A stretch of 64,000 nt of DNA from Hormiphora californensis (taxonomy: Eukaryota; Animalia; Ctenophora), in contig CM035350.1 in NCBI GenBank assembly GCA_020137815.1, positions 2,232,001 through 2,296,000 of the forward strand. Reading direction: 5' to 3'. Positions 11,133 through 23,500 of the stretch are shown here, piece by piece. Numbering within the stretch: position 1 is the stretch's first letter; each line of letters opens with the position of its first letter. Under the pieces are notes generated by a model that ran no database searches, was not told the DNA's origin, and saw nothing but the letters and a program-made list of their open reading frames with translations. A program made the translations under genes and the position numbers.

Positions 11133-13359
11133 TCAAATTGGTAATGTATACTTCTCTCTCTGGTTAAAATCGTTAAATTGGAAAGAATTCAAAAAAGTAT
11201 AACAGAGTTTATTAACTTGACTAGTTTGACAAACTGTCAAATTATGATGGCATTCTGCCATTATATTCTCAGAGTGTATAAATTTAAATTCTATTTTCCG
11301 GACTGCAACGTCATACTGCAGTGTGGTCGAAGGGTTGGCTCGATGCCATGGATGATTTTATGAAGGAGCAGAACACGTCCCACCGAGGGGCATAGTACCC
11401 ACTTATCACATCTGACCACATTTTAAAGGCATAATCCCTCACTTTATTCACCTCCCCCGATCTATCCCAGAGAGTTATCTGGGTTAAAAAGTCCCTGTAC
11501 AGTTGGTCGGGATGGAAGTGGACAGTCTTGGCAAAGACCTGCTATTCTCTGTTTGTAACAGGATATTGACCGAGAAGGCAGGAAAGCTAGCAAAGCTATC
11601 AAGTGTTGTCGTTATGTCTCTCATGCCGCGAGAGTGTAGGTCTACCTCTGTGTTATTTCCTGTTAGATAGCCGGATATTAATCCTTTATAACGCTCGTAA
11701 AATAGCTGCTCTAGAAGGTTTGAAGCGACCGTTATAGCATCAATCAACATGGCTTTGTTGACATGGCGACCATCACCTAGCAACCGAGAAAACTCAGCTA
11801 AAATATTCCGGTTGTCACGGGTGTTAGAATTGTACACGAACTGCATCCCAAACCCAGGTCTCCTTGTACATGATGTAACTATTGTAATATCTCTCCTGGT
11901 GAAATGAATACAAGGCATGTGATATATCACTGACAATCCTGCCATGGGTAATGTTATTTATACCTGTATACCCCTACTACTCCCCTCCACCACTCCAGAT
12001 GAGAGGACAGGGATCACGTGATCTGAGAGGGTAGGTGAAACTGAGAACTGCATCCAGTAGAATGGTGTTCTCTCCAATCCCCTCTGGCATGAAACCAAAC
12101 CCAATACAGTTTGGGTACTGAGCTAGAGCGGCACTGAAGTTACCAACTACAAATCCAATATGTCCGTTTATAACTGTATTCCCTCCAAAGTTATTGATCA
12201 GCGTCCAAAGGAAGGGCTTTCCAAACCACCCTCCTGTTCGGGGGAAGTTAGGCTTGCTCTCTGCGAACATGTCTAGTACTAGAACATGTTCAGCTGGAAC
12301 TGCCCCTAGATATGCCTCAACTCTAGGTGTAGTCCAGTATGGATCATACCCAAAGGTCCACCCCTGTACAACCCAGATGGCAGTGGGATCGTGACGTAGA
12401 ATCAGGGACACTGTGGCGTTAGACACTGCTGTGAGGTAGCCGAGGGAAGCATTGAAAGGGGTATTCTCGTTGAATGTGTCTACTGAGTATTTGTTGCCCG
12501 TGTTAAGGGTATCGTGTAGCTCCCTCATAAATAGGTCCCCGACTTCCTGGTAAAAAGGCGAGGCTGTGTCTATGTGTGTGAGACATGAAAAGCTGGTGTT
12601 AAAATCTAGCCAACAACTGGCATTAGCGAAACGTTCCTCAGGGAAAAGCAACTGGAGATACCTTGGAACAAAACCAGCAAAACCCGGGACCACAAAATCA
12701 ACACCAAGGGAAGTGAGCCTGTTTGTTATTCTATGTTGTAACTCGACTTGGTGCTTCAGAAACTCTAAGTTGAGTGGTCTAGGGTAGGAATGCATGTTCC
12801 CCATCCTATTCCACGCGAGAAAAGTTGGGCCATTAAAGAAGGATAGGACCTCGTGGGGTGGTACACCAAGTTTTGTGAACACCCTGTACAGAACCATCTC
12901 TATCCCAGTGGGGATGTAGACCAAGTTGAAACCAGAAAATGCCAACCAATCCAGATGTGGCTCCCATTCAGGCCAGTCCCACCACCAGTAGGAATATGAA
13001 TATGCACAAATGTTACCATAGTATCTGGTGATTTCGCTTGATGGGAATATTACTGGTTCCGGCAAGGCAACAAGAGGATATTCCGCCCATGAGAGACCAA
13101 ATTGTGTGTAGGACACTTTGGCGTTATCTACAAGATACACCTTGTACCCTTCAATACAAGTTCTGGCATTGGAGCAGTAAATATAAACAGTTATTTGATT
13201 CTTAGAATGTTTTGTGTCCAGCTGAGTTAGATTTGATGACGAAAAGAGGATTTTGAAACTGTTGCAGTGCGCTGGGGACACTCTGCACACCAGATTTTGT
13301 ACTTCAGAGAGACAGGTGATGGATAATATGATGCTTGGGAGTATTAGCAACACTTTCAT
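11133..13359 (-). CDS. NAGLU: Alpha-N-acetylglucosaminidase (GH89), apparently intronless; 3' end approximate
   Basis: YYGNICAYSYSYWWWDWPEWEPHLDWLAFSGFN, GPTFLAWNRMGN, PGFAGFVP, YSVDTFNEN, WVVQGW, NFGGN, PEGI. The C-terminal QITLW..DYAFKMWSDVISGYYAPRW (~11375-11480) continues across small indels. Confidence 0.92.
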
Positions 13360-13810
13360 GGCTCTAAAAGAGAAGTTAAAACTTAAATGCTGATAAGTGA
13401 CCGAGAAAATGCCGACACACGCCTTTTTTTAAATTTCAGAAAAATTTCGGGTCGTTTTCAGGTCTGACAAAAAAGTTTGTCGAAACAAAAACTCAATTTT
13501 GCGCCGCGTAAATATATTATTTATTGATGTAGCACGCATAAAAATTTATATCTGCGCTGCATTTCGATCAGTTTTCAATTGCGCGGCGCGGCGTGAAAAA
13601 ATTTAATAAAATCTTTCACCAAAAACGAACTCGCAAAAAATCTAAGATCCAAAATTTCAAGCGCTGACACCGTTCAACTGCTAAATTTCGCTCTCTCAAG
13701 CTGGTTTAGGGTTACTATGAAGCACCCAAATTTAATGCAACTTACACCCATTCGAATACCCATTTTTTCACGTCGTTTGTGGTGTTTAACCGGTCCAATT
13801 TCTTCCCAGG
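13360..13810. promoter_or_regulatory. Divergent (bidirectional) promoter region between NAGLU and GSK3
   Basis: Head-to-head genes about 500 bp apart; AT-rich tracts with CGCG motifs (tttgcgccgcg, ttgcgcggcgcg, E2F-like). Confidence 0.5.
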
Positions 13811-13866
13811 ATGCCGCCATGAACTAAAGACGAAGCTGAATTTTACGATTGAGGAGTAAAGAGAAC

Positions 13867-15075
13867 ATGAGTAATCCGAGACGAGGCTCGGGGAGCGAGG
13901 GCTCAAGGAGCGACAGCACAAGAGGTCCTTCAGGAGGCACCCGCTCCAGAGACTCCACCGGAGCCCGTGTTACAACTGTCATGGCAACGACAGGATCCCG
14001 ACCCGACCGGGGTTGTGATGTCTCCTTCACAGACATGAAAATGATCGGATACGGTTCCTTTGGCTACGTTTACAGAGTCAAGTTACTGGAAACAAACGAA
14101 ATGGTAGCGATCAAGAAAGTTTTACAGGACCGGCGGTTTAAGAACCGTGAACTCGAGGTGATGCGACGATTGGACCACTGCAATGTCATTCGGTTACGAT
14201 ACTTCTTTTACTCGAATGGTGAGAGAAGGGATGAGGTATACCTGAATCTCATATTGGACTACTTCCCCACCACTGTGTATCAGGTTGCCCGGCAGTACAG
14301 CAGAAATCGGCAAATGATCCCAATTTTGTATGTAAAACTGTACATGTATCAACTGATGCGGGCTCTAGCTTACATCCATTCCTTTGGTATTTGCCACAGG
14401 GATATTAAACCTCAAAACCTTCTCCTCCACCCCGATACCCTAGTACTCAAGCTCATAGACTTTGGTAGTGCTAAAATTCTAGTAGAGGGAGAGGTTAATG
14501 TTTCATATATCTGCTCCCGGTATTACCGGGCACCTGAGCTCATATTCGGGGCCACTAACTACACATGTGCCATTGATATTTGGTCGGCAGGGTGTGTATT
14601 GGCCGAGTTGCTCCTCGGTTCGCCCATCTTCCCAGGGGACAGCGGTGTGGATCAGCTGGTAGAAATCATCAAGGTCCTCGGATCTCCCACCCGGGAACAA
14701 ATCGCAGAGATGAACCCCAACTATACCGAGTTCAGATTCCCCCACATTCGACCGCACCCGTGGCGTCGTGTGTTCAGGGCCCACACACCTGACGATGCCA
14801 TCGACCTCACGTGTAAACTGCTGGAATACACGCCCCGAACCCGCCTTCACCCCCTCGACGCCATCGCACACGAGTTCTTCAATGAGCTCCGGGTGGAGGG
14901 CACGATACTCCCACCGCCCCTTGAGAAAGATTTACCCCCTCTGTTTAACTTCACCGAACAGGAGCTGAGAGAGAAACCTGCCCTTCGGTCTGTCCTCATT
15001 CCCAGTCATGTTGTGCAGCCACCCCCCTCCTCAACGGATCCACCTGTGGCTAATGGTGCCGCTGCCCCATCCTAA
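13867..15075 (+). CDS. GSK3: Glycogen synthase kinase-3, intronless CDS
   Basis: [69 protein letters not shown] are near-invariant GSK3 motifs. First in-frame ATG at 13867. Confidence 0.97.
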   Translation: MSNPRRGSGSEGSRSDSTRGPSGGTRSRDSTGARVTTVMATTGSRPDRGCDVSFTDMKMIGYGSFGYVYRVKLLETNEMVAIKKVLQDRRFKNRELEVMRRLDHCNVIRLRYFFYSNGERRDEVYLNLILDYFPTTVYQVARQYSRNRQMIPILYVKLYMYQLMRALAYIHSFGICHRDIKPQNLLLHPDTLVLKLIDFGSAKILVEGEVNVSYICSRYYRAPELIFGATNYTCAIDIWSAGCVLAELLLGSPIFPGDSGVDQLVEIIKVLGSPTREQIAEMNPNYTEFRFPHIRPHPWRRVFRAHTPDDAIDLTCKLLEYTPRTRLHPLDAIAHEFFNELRVEGTILPPPLEKDLPPLFNFTEQELREKPALRSVLIPSHVVQPPPSSTDPPVANGAAAPS

Positions 15076-15115
15076 TCAGAACTGTGTGTGTGTGTGCGAA
15101 CAAACTACTGTGCGT

Positions 15116-15154
<39 letters not shown>

Positions 15155-16939
15155 ATTGACAGTTTTAAGTTGTGAATTATTGTAGTTATGAAGGACACAC
15201 ATATGTTTGTACAATGTAAACACACGGACAATATACCAATCTCTCTCTCTTTGAAGAAGGGAAGATCCACACCCCTTTCTCTCTCCTGATCTCCCTATAC
15301 TGTGATCTGAGTAAAAAAGTAAAATCGGGCTTGTGTGATGGGGCTTGTTGTTAGAGAATTACAGTGACATTTAAAGAAGGAGTGTGTGAGTGTGTGATAA
15401 AGATTGTTGTAATGTTGATGCTAAGATTCTCTGTCAAGAAGTATCTCCTTTTCTGTTGTATACATACTGTTTAACATTCAACTGAAATCAAGAGTTCTAG
15501 TCACTTTATACATTGGACCCCAAACACCCACACCCCCCCCCCCCCCGGCCAAGATATGTTTCAATCCTCTCTAATTCGAAGCTGCTCCTTCATGAAACAC
15601 ATCATTGAAGCTGAATGCTGCAGCTTTTTGTATCTGTAAGTTTATAGTTTTTGTGCGTCTGTGTGCAGAATAATAACTGAAGTATAATTGTGATCCAAAA
15701 TATGATGCGTTTTATTCTGACTTCTTGGACTTAGTGCACCCCTCAACTTATCTTCTAGAGTTTTCTACGGAGCTATGTTTCTCTCTATCTCTGTACCTCT
15801 CTTTCTCCCTCCCTCCCTCTCTCTCTCTCTCTATCTTTCCTCCTCTCTCTTCCCCTCTCTATCTCTCTTTCCTTCCGACTCTCTTTATATATCTTTTCCG
15901 TTTTCTGCCTTCCCACCGACACAGTACTGTCACTGTGCGTTACACATACATCGGAAATAGAACTTTCGCTGAAATACACACACATGACAGAGAGCGTGTG
16001 TGTTCATACATGTGTGCAAAGTTGCGTGTCTGTGTCGCAAATCTTTCGCTCTATCCCTGGGCAGTAGAAGAGAGAGAAAGAGGAAGAAAGAGAGAGCTTT
16101 GCCGCAAAATGCAGAGATATAGAGAGATAGAGCACGATGAGGACATCGGAAAGGGAGAGTCATCGAGATAAATGTAGAGATAGATAGATAGATAGATAGA
16201 GATAGAGAGCGAAAGGTGAGATAGAGTGGAGGATATAGTCTCTGAACCAGGAAAGTAATTGGACCTCTCTCGAGCTTGTGCTATACATTATAATGGACCG
16301 ATCGAGCTCTTCTTGCCCTCACCACACAAACATTAGCTACACCGCACATCTCTTTTTCATCTTTCTTCATCTCTTCATCTAATTCCACAATTAGATTTGT
16401 CTGTAGTCTCTAATGATACTCAAAAAGAAAGCCTCAAAATACTGGAGTGAATGTCATTGTTACTGGCCATCCCTCACTTAGCACTCAATTCAGCATACTG
16501 CTGCTCTGTGCTCACTTCACAAGGCAAAAGGAAGGACAAAACGACGCGAGCCGAGGAGAGAGCAGGAGAGAGCGAGAGAGAGCGAGAAGAGAGAGAGGAG
16601 AGAGAGAGAGAGAGAGAGAGGCGCGAGAGAGAGCGAGAGCGGGAGCGGGGAGAGAGAGGGCGAGCGAGAGAGAGAGAGAGACGAGAAGAGATCGAGAGAG
16701 AGAGAGAGAGAGAGGCGAGGGGTAGAGAGATTGAGAGGAGCGGAGAGCGAGATCGAGAGAGAGCGGAGCGAGCTATAGCGATAGCGCGCGGCAGCAGCTA
16801 TCTCTCTCATCTCTCCAATCTCTCTCTTCTCTCATCTCCTCTCTCTCTCTCTCTCTACTCCTGTGTAACCCCAATATGTGTTTATGTTTAGTACTCAATG
16901 AAGCACGACCAACTGTAAAGCACTTGCACCATGGATACA

Positions 16940-18292
16940 ACAAACAACAGAAAACACCCCACCTACAGCTGGAGGACCACTTTCAGACATCCTCGGTTTA
17001 GAATCAGACAAGAAACGAAAACTGGAGGGCAGTTTCAAGATCCCCAAGAAGAAGAGAGTTGATGAACCCAAACCCCCTCCTACAGTAGTTGTAGAACCAT
17101 TAGTACCTGCGGAGGTGCTGCCTACCTCACCAGCTGCTGTACCCCCTCCCAAACCTCACCCTCCCAGCCCCATTATGTCTCCCATTAAAACTGATGCTCC
17201 AAAGTTCCCTAAATCAAAGAAGAAGAGAATAGAAGAAGTCCCAATTGCTCCACCCAAGATGGCCCTACTTGAAACCCCTAAAACTGGACCCCTACTCAGC
17301 ACCCCAACCCCCTGTTGACATGAGTCCTGCACGTGTAGAGGAAGAGGATCTTGATATGGAGGATGAGGAAGATGTGGGACCCTGGCACACCTCCAAACAC
17401 AGAGGAGGCAGACCTCCTGTCTTCCATTCCTAAATCAGAGATAGTCCAGGAGTATGTGACGCTCAATGACGGAACGAAACACCCCCTTCCCCGGGACGTG
17501 TGGAGACGAATATTTGGGTCCTTGAAACCTGGTAACCTGGCTCAGTGTATGAAGGTATGCCGGGTATGGAGGGAGTGGTTATCTGATCCTGTATTCTGGC
17601 CAGTTATAAACCTCTCCCGTTACAGTCCCCTGTTTCCTGACCTCCTCAGATCAGTGGTCCTCAGACAGCCCAGCGAACTGGATCTCTCCTACTCGACCAT
17701 ATCCAGGCGGCAGTGTGACTGGCTCCTCCCCAAACTACCAACACTGAAAACTATCCGCATGTCAGGTCTCAGTATGAGTATAATTGGGGCCCTTAATGGT
17801 CCTCACGTTTCCAATCTGTATCACATTGATCTACGGTGGGTGGATGAGCTCAATGATTGGGGGCTCAGAGACCTGCTATCAGTCACATCTGGTAGGGAGC
17901 AGCGGCCCCGATTTAGGGACCTAAAAGGGTTGAGGCTAGCTGGGTGCCCCCTTACTGACGAGGCTATAAACTATGTGATAAAGTTCTGTCCGAGTCTGGA
18001 ACATCTTGACTTCAGTTACAACCCCAACATGAACGATCGAGTGGTGGATTTGCTAACCCAGTCTGCCCTCATATACTCTCTTACTAAGGTTGATTTCAGT
18101 GGATGTAGTCATCTAACTGACAAGTCCCTGGTGATGTTAAAGAAGTGTTATGATGTTAATTGGGTGGATCTGAGGTCCTGCAAAGAGATAACCCGAGGAG
18201 CTTGTGTTCGGTTTGCACATAGTTTCAAGAAAGAGCTCAATATCACAGAGGACAAGCTAATTCACCCTCCTACTGTCGAAGTGTATAGTTGA
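16940..18292 (+). CDS. F-box + leucine-rich repeat protein of the KDM2/FBXL19 (FBXL10/11/19) family; N-terminus uncertain
   Basis: F-box LPRDVWRRIFGSL..LAQCMKVCRVW; RQPSELDLSYSTISRRQCDWLLPKLP, DLRWVDELND, LRLAG match KDM2 LRRs. An upstream Pro/Lys-rich linker (KIPKKKR) joins via about two indels at ~17315 and ~17380. Confidence 0.8.
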
Positions 18293-19649
18293 GGGATTGT
18301 ATTGCTCGACCCTCTCTTTATATAAAGGAGGGTTGTTGTTTGTCAATCAATGAGTGACACTTCTTCTCGTCACTTCTGTCTTGTTAACAGTGTGCTTGAA
18401 AACTTAATAACACACACCGAGAGAATGCGTGTTTTTTATATTTATGTGTGTGCCCTCTTTCTCTCTTCCTCTCAAACACAGATAAAAATAAAATACATTT
18501 CTCTCTTTCTCCCTCTCTATCTCTCTCTTTCTCTATCATGTCTCCGAAGCAGCGGTGGCATCAGCATTCCTCTAAATTCTCCCCTCACGTGAGTGTCGTG
18601 TGAGCACTATACTGATAACAGTCTACTGATGCACTATATAATATCGTTTCTAAGGAGACTTACAAAACACAGACAATGTCTCCTAGACAGAATAGAGACA
18701 GACAGACATTATAGAGAGGGGGATGATGAGCATTGAGAGCTATAAGAGTTTTATTGCCTGTGTTATTACAATTACTGCTGATTTAACTGTTCATATCGCA
18801 TGTTCTCTCTCCCTTCCTTTGGCTATCTTCCTCTCCCTCCCCAATCTCCGACTCTCAGCCGCTGGACTTGTAACGCATTTGCAGCTCCCAGCCGGGACAC
18901 ATTTGCAATGTGCGCACAACGACTAGCAGAAGAGATGCGCGCAAACACTACAAAGTGTAGAGTGTTTTGCAGTCTGTGATTTTGCCGCGCGAGCCAGGGT
19001 AACCCCGCTCCCCCTTGGTAATGAAATTCCCCCTCTGCGCTAGCTCACGGAGGGGTAATAATATCGCTTGTACGGCGGGAAAAAAATTCCTGTGTCCAAA
19101 CTACAAAACAGAAAGTTCTAATTTTTTGAACATACCGAGGAAATTGTCTGAGCTACCATTACATACCGGAATTTTTCGATATTTTGGCCATTAACACTGT
19201 TTTTGTTTTTGGAAAACTATGAAGATGCTGGAATTTGGCTACAAAAACCTTCAGAAATGTGCAAAATGCCATTCTAAAGGTATTAGAGGTGGATTAATTG
19301 ATAACTAAGCTATAGTCGAGTCAGAAAAAATTCCACAAGATTGGAATTTTATGCCCATATAAGGAGTTATGCGACACACCTCTGTTGTTAAACATGCGGT
19401 GTAATCGCTACCGGTCGTTACTTTCTGTAGAATTCAGGTCCTGGTTACTATACAAACTAGTACCATACGTTTTAGATAGGTTTTAGACAAGTTTTCGATA
19501 ACTTTTTATGAGAAGGTCCCGTAAATTTTCATTTTTAGGTAGGCGGTATTGTCACCCCTATATGCAATAATAGGGGTGACTTCGTAACCAACGCTCCCCC
19601 GGTGTTGCCGCCGCCGTCCCCTCACATGATCTCCCTCCCCCACAAGGTG

Positions 19650-20226
19650 ATGGCTGTCTGTGTGCGGACTTTGTGTTTTATCCCTGCATGCGGTGTCAGG
19701 GCGTTACATACCACTGATAGTGTGCACGCTAAATGGAGGTACAAAATGATGGATGGGGTTCCAATACTTGCTAAACGGAAGCGGGCCGAGATCGAGCTGA
19801 TGAGGCCTAACGAGGAGGCTTGCAAGAGGTTCTGGTGGAAGGAGGATGGTACAATATGGCACTGGCCGAGGGATGATCATGGCTACTTTAGATATGGAAG
19901 GTAAATGCATATATTCAATAGATGTCCATTAAATATGTGTGTTATATCCTCCCTCTACTGTTATACATTTCACAACCCACCACACCCAAATACCCATCAT
20001 AACTTAACTCACCTCTTTCGTCTCCCCTAGGTACCAGAACTTACGAGGGAAGCCCGTACAAGTCACCGACCCGGACAGGATAGAGACGGTAAAGAAACTA
20101 ATGGGACCTTACCACCTGTACCGGCAATCACCGTACTTCCGTCATGACCACGATTATGAGGCAGATCCGTACAAACTGCTGAGCAGGGACTTTCTGGGAC
20201 TTCCATCACGAGATACCCACTCGTGA
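19650..20226 (+). CDS. Two-exon basic protein with a mitochondrial-type presequence, possibly a divergent mitoribosomal bL35m (MRPL35)
   Basis: Exons 19650-19900 and 20031-20226 splice in frame. Presequence MAVCVRTLCFIPACGVRALHTT. ACKRFWWKEDGTIW and KKLM..YEADPY recall bL35m AV..RF....G.W and LDKM..YVDDPY from memory. Gene is fairly certain; family call is tentative. Confidence 0.5.
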
Positions 20227-20553
20227 TGTAATGTGTGTGTAATTGTGGACAGTTAGTTTTAGAGTTGTGTGTGAGTGCCGTTTTGTTACGCCGATTTATT
20301 GTGTAAGTCTAGCAAGTGTATATGAGGTAGTTGATGGTGAAGAGTGATTGGTGAAATGGGATATAAAGTGGTAGTTGTCGGTTAAGAAAAGAGAACGAGG
20401 CAGTGCCGTGACCATCGGTTAAATTATTGTGTTTTGTAAGATTATATTTAACTTATTCGACCTTTTTTTAACCCCTGGTAAAATCGCTGTTTAAATCTGC
20501 TGTGATTCAATACCCATATATCCTCACCCTCATTCTACGTCAAGGTACCTGCC

Positions 20554-23500
20554 ATGTCTGAGATATCGATGAAAATTAAATGGAGTGGTTCTGAATATCC
20601 CCTGGAGGCGATCCCCCTATCTTCAACCGTCCTTGAGTTGAAGAATTTGATAAAGGAGCAGACAGGGGTGTTGCCGGGGCGACAAAAACTCTGTGGCATC
20701 TCTCTGAAGGGTACGATGCGGTCACAAATCATTTACCCTCATGTTATACTCAAACATAGTGTTAAAAGTCACGTGGCCTGGTCAGTGTCACAAGTCTCGT
20801 GCTCAGTGTAACAAGTCACGTGCTCAGTGTGTCACAAGTCACTTGCAGTTGCTCAGTGTGTCACAAGTCACGTGCTCAGTGTCACAAATCACGTGCTCAG
20901 TGTGTCACGTGCTCAGTGTGTCACAAATCACGTGCTCAGTGTGTCACAAGTCACGTGTTCAGTGTGTCACAAGTCACGTGCTCAGTGTGTCACAAGTCAC
21001 GTGTTCAGTGTGTCACAAGTCACGTGCTCAGTGTGTCACAAGTCACGTGTTCAGTGTGTCACAAGTCTCGTGCTCAGTGTAACAAGTCACGTACTCAGTG
21101 TGTCACAAGTCACGTGCTCAGTGTGTCACAAGTCACGTGCTCAGTGTGTCACAAGTCACGTGTTCAGTGTGTCACGTGCTCAGTGTGTCACAAATCACGT
21201 GCTCAGTGTGTCACAAGTCACGTGTTCAGTGTGTCACAAGTCACGTGCTCAGTGTGTCACAAGTCACGTGCTCAGTGTCACAAGTCACGTGCTCAGTGTG
21301 TCACAACTACAAGTTAGTAAAACGATTGGTGTATTTCAGGCAAGCCACCCCCGGATGAATGTCTGCTGTCTGATTTGCGGCTGAAAAACAACCAGAAAAT
21401 CATGATGATGGGGACAAGGGAGGAGGTGATCACAGAGGCAACTACCGCTCCTGAGAACATGCCCCAGGTGGTGGACGACTTTGAGATGGACGAGGAAGTG
21501 ATGCTGAAGATCGCAGAGAGACCAGAGAACCTCGCTAAAGTGGCCAATAGGGTCGCTAAATACGAGTTTAAGAAGAAGTTTCATGATTTCCGGGAGGGAA
21601 AGAAACTCCTTGTACTGGATATTGATTACACTCTCTTTGGTAATTACATCAATCAGTACCATTTATCTTGAATAACACAACAATAGAAAACAAGTTCAAA
21701 TTCTATCTCCAATTAGTGTCCCCACCCCCAAAGTGTTTCCTCTAAACTAGAATGTGACTTCCAATCATCATATCCCCCGCCGCCAGACAGCTATAATAGA
21801 TTGTAACATACATTTCTCCCGCTGCAGATCACAAGTCATGTGCAGAGAGGGGTGAGGAACTGATGAGACCAGGCCTCCACGAGTTCCTTGCCATCGCCTA
21901 CGCAGAGTACGACATTGTAATTTGGTGTAAGTTGTGTTCCCCCTTTTTCTGTTTCGCGCCGCGGACCCCATCTGAGCGCACTGAGAATCAAATCGGGGTC
22001 TGGCGCCGCCAGAGAAACCTTTTTTAACATATCACATACAATTAGGCCCTTCCCTACTCTTCCCTAGATCCTATAACCTTCTTTATTCTGCGGATCTATA
22101 AATGAAAAAGTTCCAATACCATTCAACCGTCCACAGCCGCAACAAGTATGAAGTGGATTGAGGCGAAGATGCAGGAGTTAGGAACCCTCAGAAACCCCAA
22201 TTATAAGATAGCCATGCTGGTGGACGATGGTGCTATGATAACAGTTCAAGATGCAGAGGGCCATGTTGTCAGGTGAGGAAACTGTGCTTGAATATGGAAA
22301 TGAATGATGGTATAACTATACTACTCAATGGTTCACTGTCAGGACATAGCTCGAATCTGACAGATGGTTCACTGACAGATCCCGGTGAGGGTCCTACATA
22401 TATTTGATAGGGTAGACCGGGGTAATTTGGACGGTGGGGCAATGTGGTCACAGGACGGGGCAATGTGGACTAGTGATTTATATGGGACTTTTAAATTGTG
22501 GTGTTTAGTGTGAAATAACGAAAAATGACGACTTTAAAGTTAAACTTTATTTCGGTAAACTTAATTATGATAATTAGTTAAATTAAGGGTCAGAATTTCA
22601 CAATATGATAATTTTCTATTCAGTTTCATCATCAAAATGACATTAGCTTTCGATTTAATTAGCTAATTGGCATTTTAATGAAGCGGGGCAATTCGGACAA
22701 TTTGGGGCAATTCGGACGAAAAAATCGGGGGCAATTCGGTCATAATCCAGATTGCCCCGTGGGGCAATTTGGACTAGACCAAATTGCCCCATGGGGCAAA
22801 TTGGTTAAAAAAATTGGCCTCATGGCGCCATTATACTCGTTTCTATGGTAACCATAGACAACCTGCTTTCATAATTATCCTATTCAATCAATATAGATGG
22901 CTAAAACTGAGTAAATAGACCAAAAAAAATAGAAAAAAGGCGCATTTTACAACCAATTCTCTGGATGCCAAGGTAACAAGTCAATCCATGGTGTGGCATT
23001 CGACAAACCAACTTCATAGGGTGCTCCAGAATATCTAGGACTGGTGCTTTGATGACCAAAAGTAGTGTATTATCATGATAATCATCCATATGCAGCTGAT
23101 ATAACTGAATAAAGGGATAAATTACAGGCTAACTTAGAGCAATAGGCATAATTTTGATAACCAAAGCCCCTGACTGGCTGGTAACTGAAGGTAGTCTGAT
23201 GTCTCATTGTGACTCACAATCATGTTTAAATAATCGATAGTCTAATAATACGGATGTAATGGGTGAATTTGGAGCAAGAAAATAGTACATTAATGCAAAT
23301 TCGCTGGTTACTATGGTAACAAACTCCGTTGCTATAGTAACCCCAGGGAATTGCATTGAGTGGGAATCGGCCACTAACATGATTAATTAGACTGGATCCC
23401 CATAATAGTAATTGCTGGCCTTGTAAGCACCTGAAAACACAAACAGCATTCCTTTGAAAACCGTAGCTTTATTTGTGGTTTTTTGATCTTTGATGTCGAT

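Noticed and set aside
10700-12010. MINPP1 and NAGLU (also the F-box gene at ~17315-17380) as pseudogenes or programmed frameshifts
   Set aside because: The breaks examined are small indels mostly in or near homopolymers, catalytic motifs are intact, and the assembly shows clear homopolymer errors elsewhere. Sequencing error is the simplest explanation.
11133-13359. Intronless NAGLU as horizontal transfer from bacteria
   Set aside because: NAGLU is a normal animal lysosomal gene, neighbouring GSK3 is also intronless, and there is no compositional break. A phylogeny would be needed to claim transfer.
20741-21384. Cys/His-rich repeat ORFs (CHKSRAQC..) as zinc-finger or metallothionein proteins
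   Set aside because: Open in several frames because the 23-bp intronic minisatellite lacks stops; it lies inside UBLCP1 intron 1.
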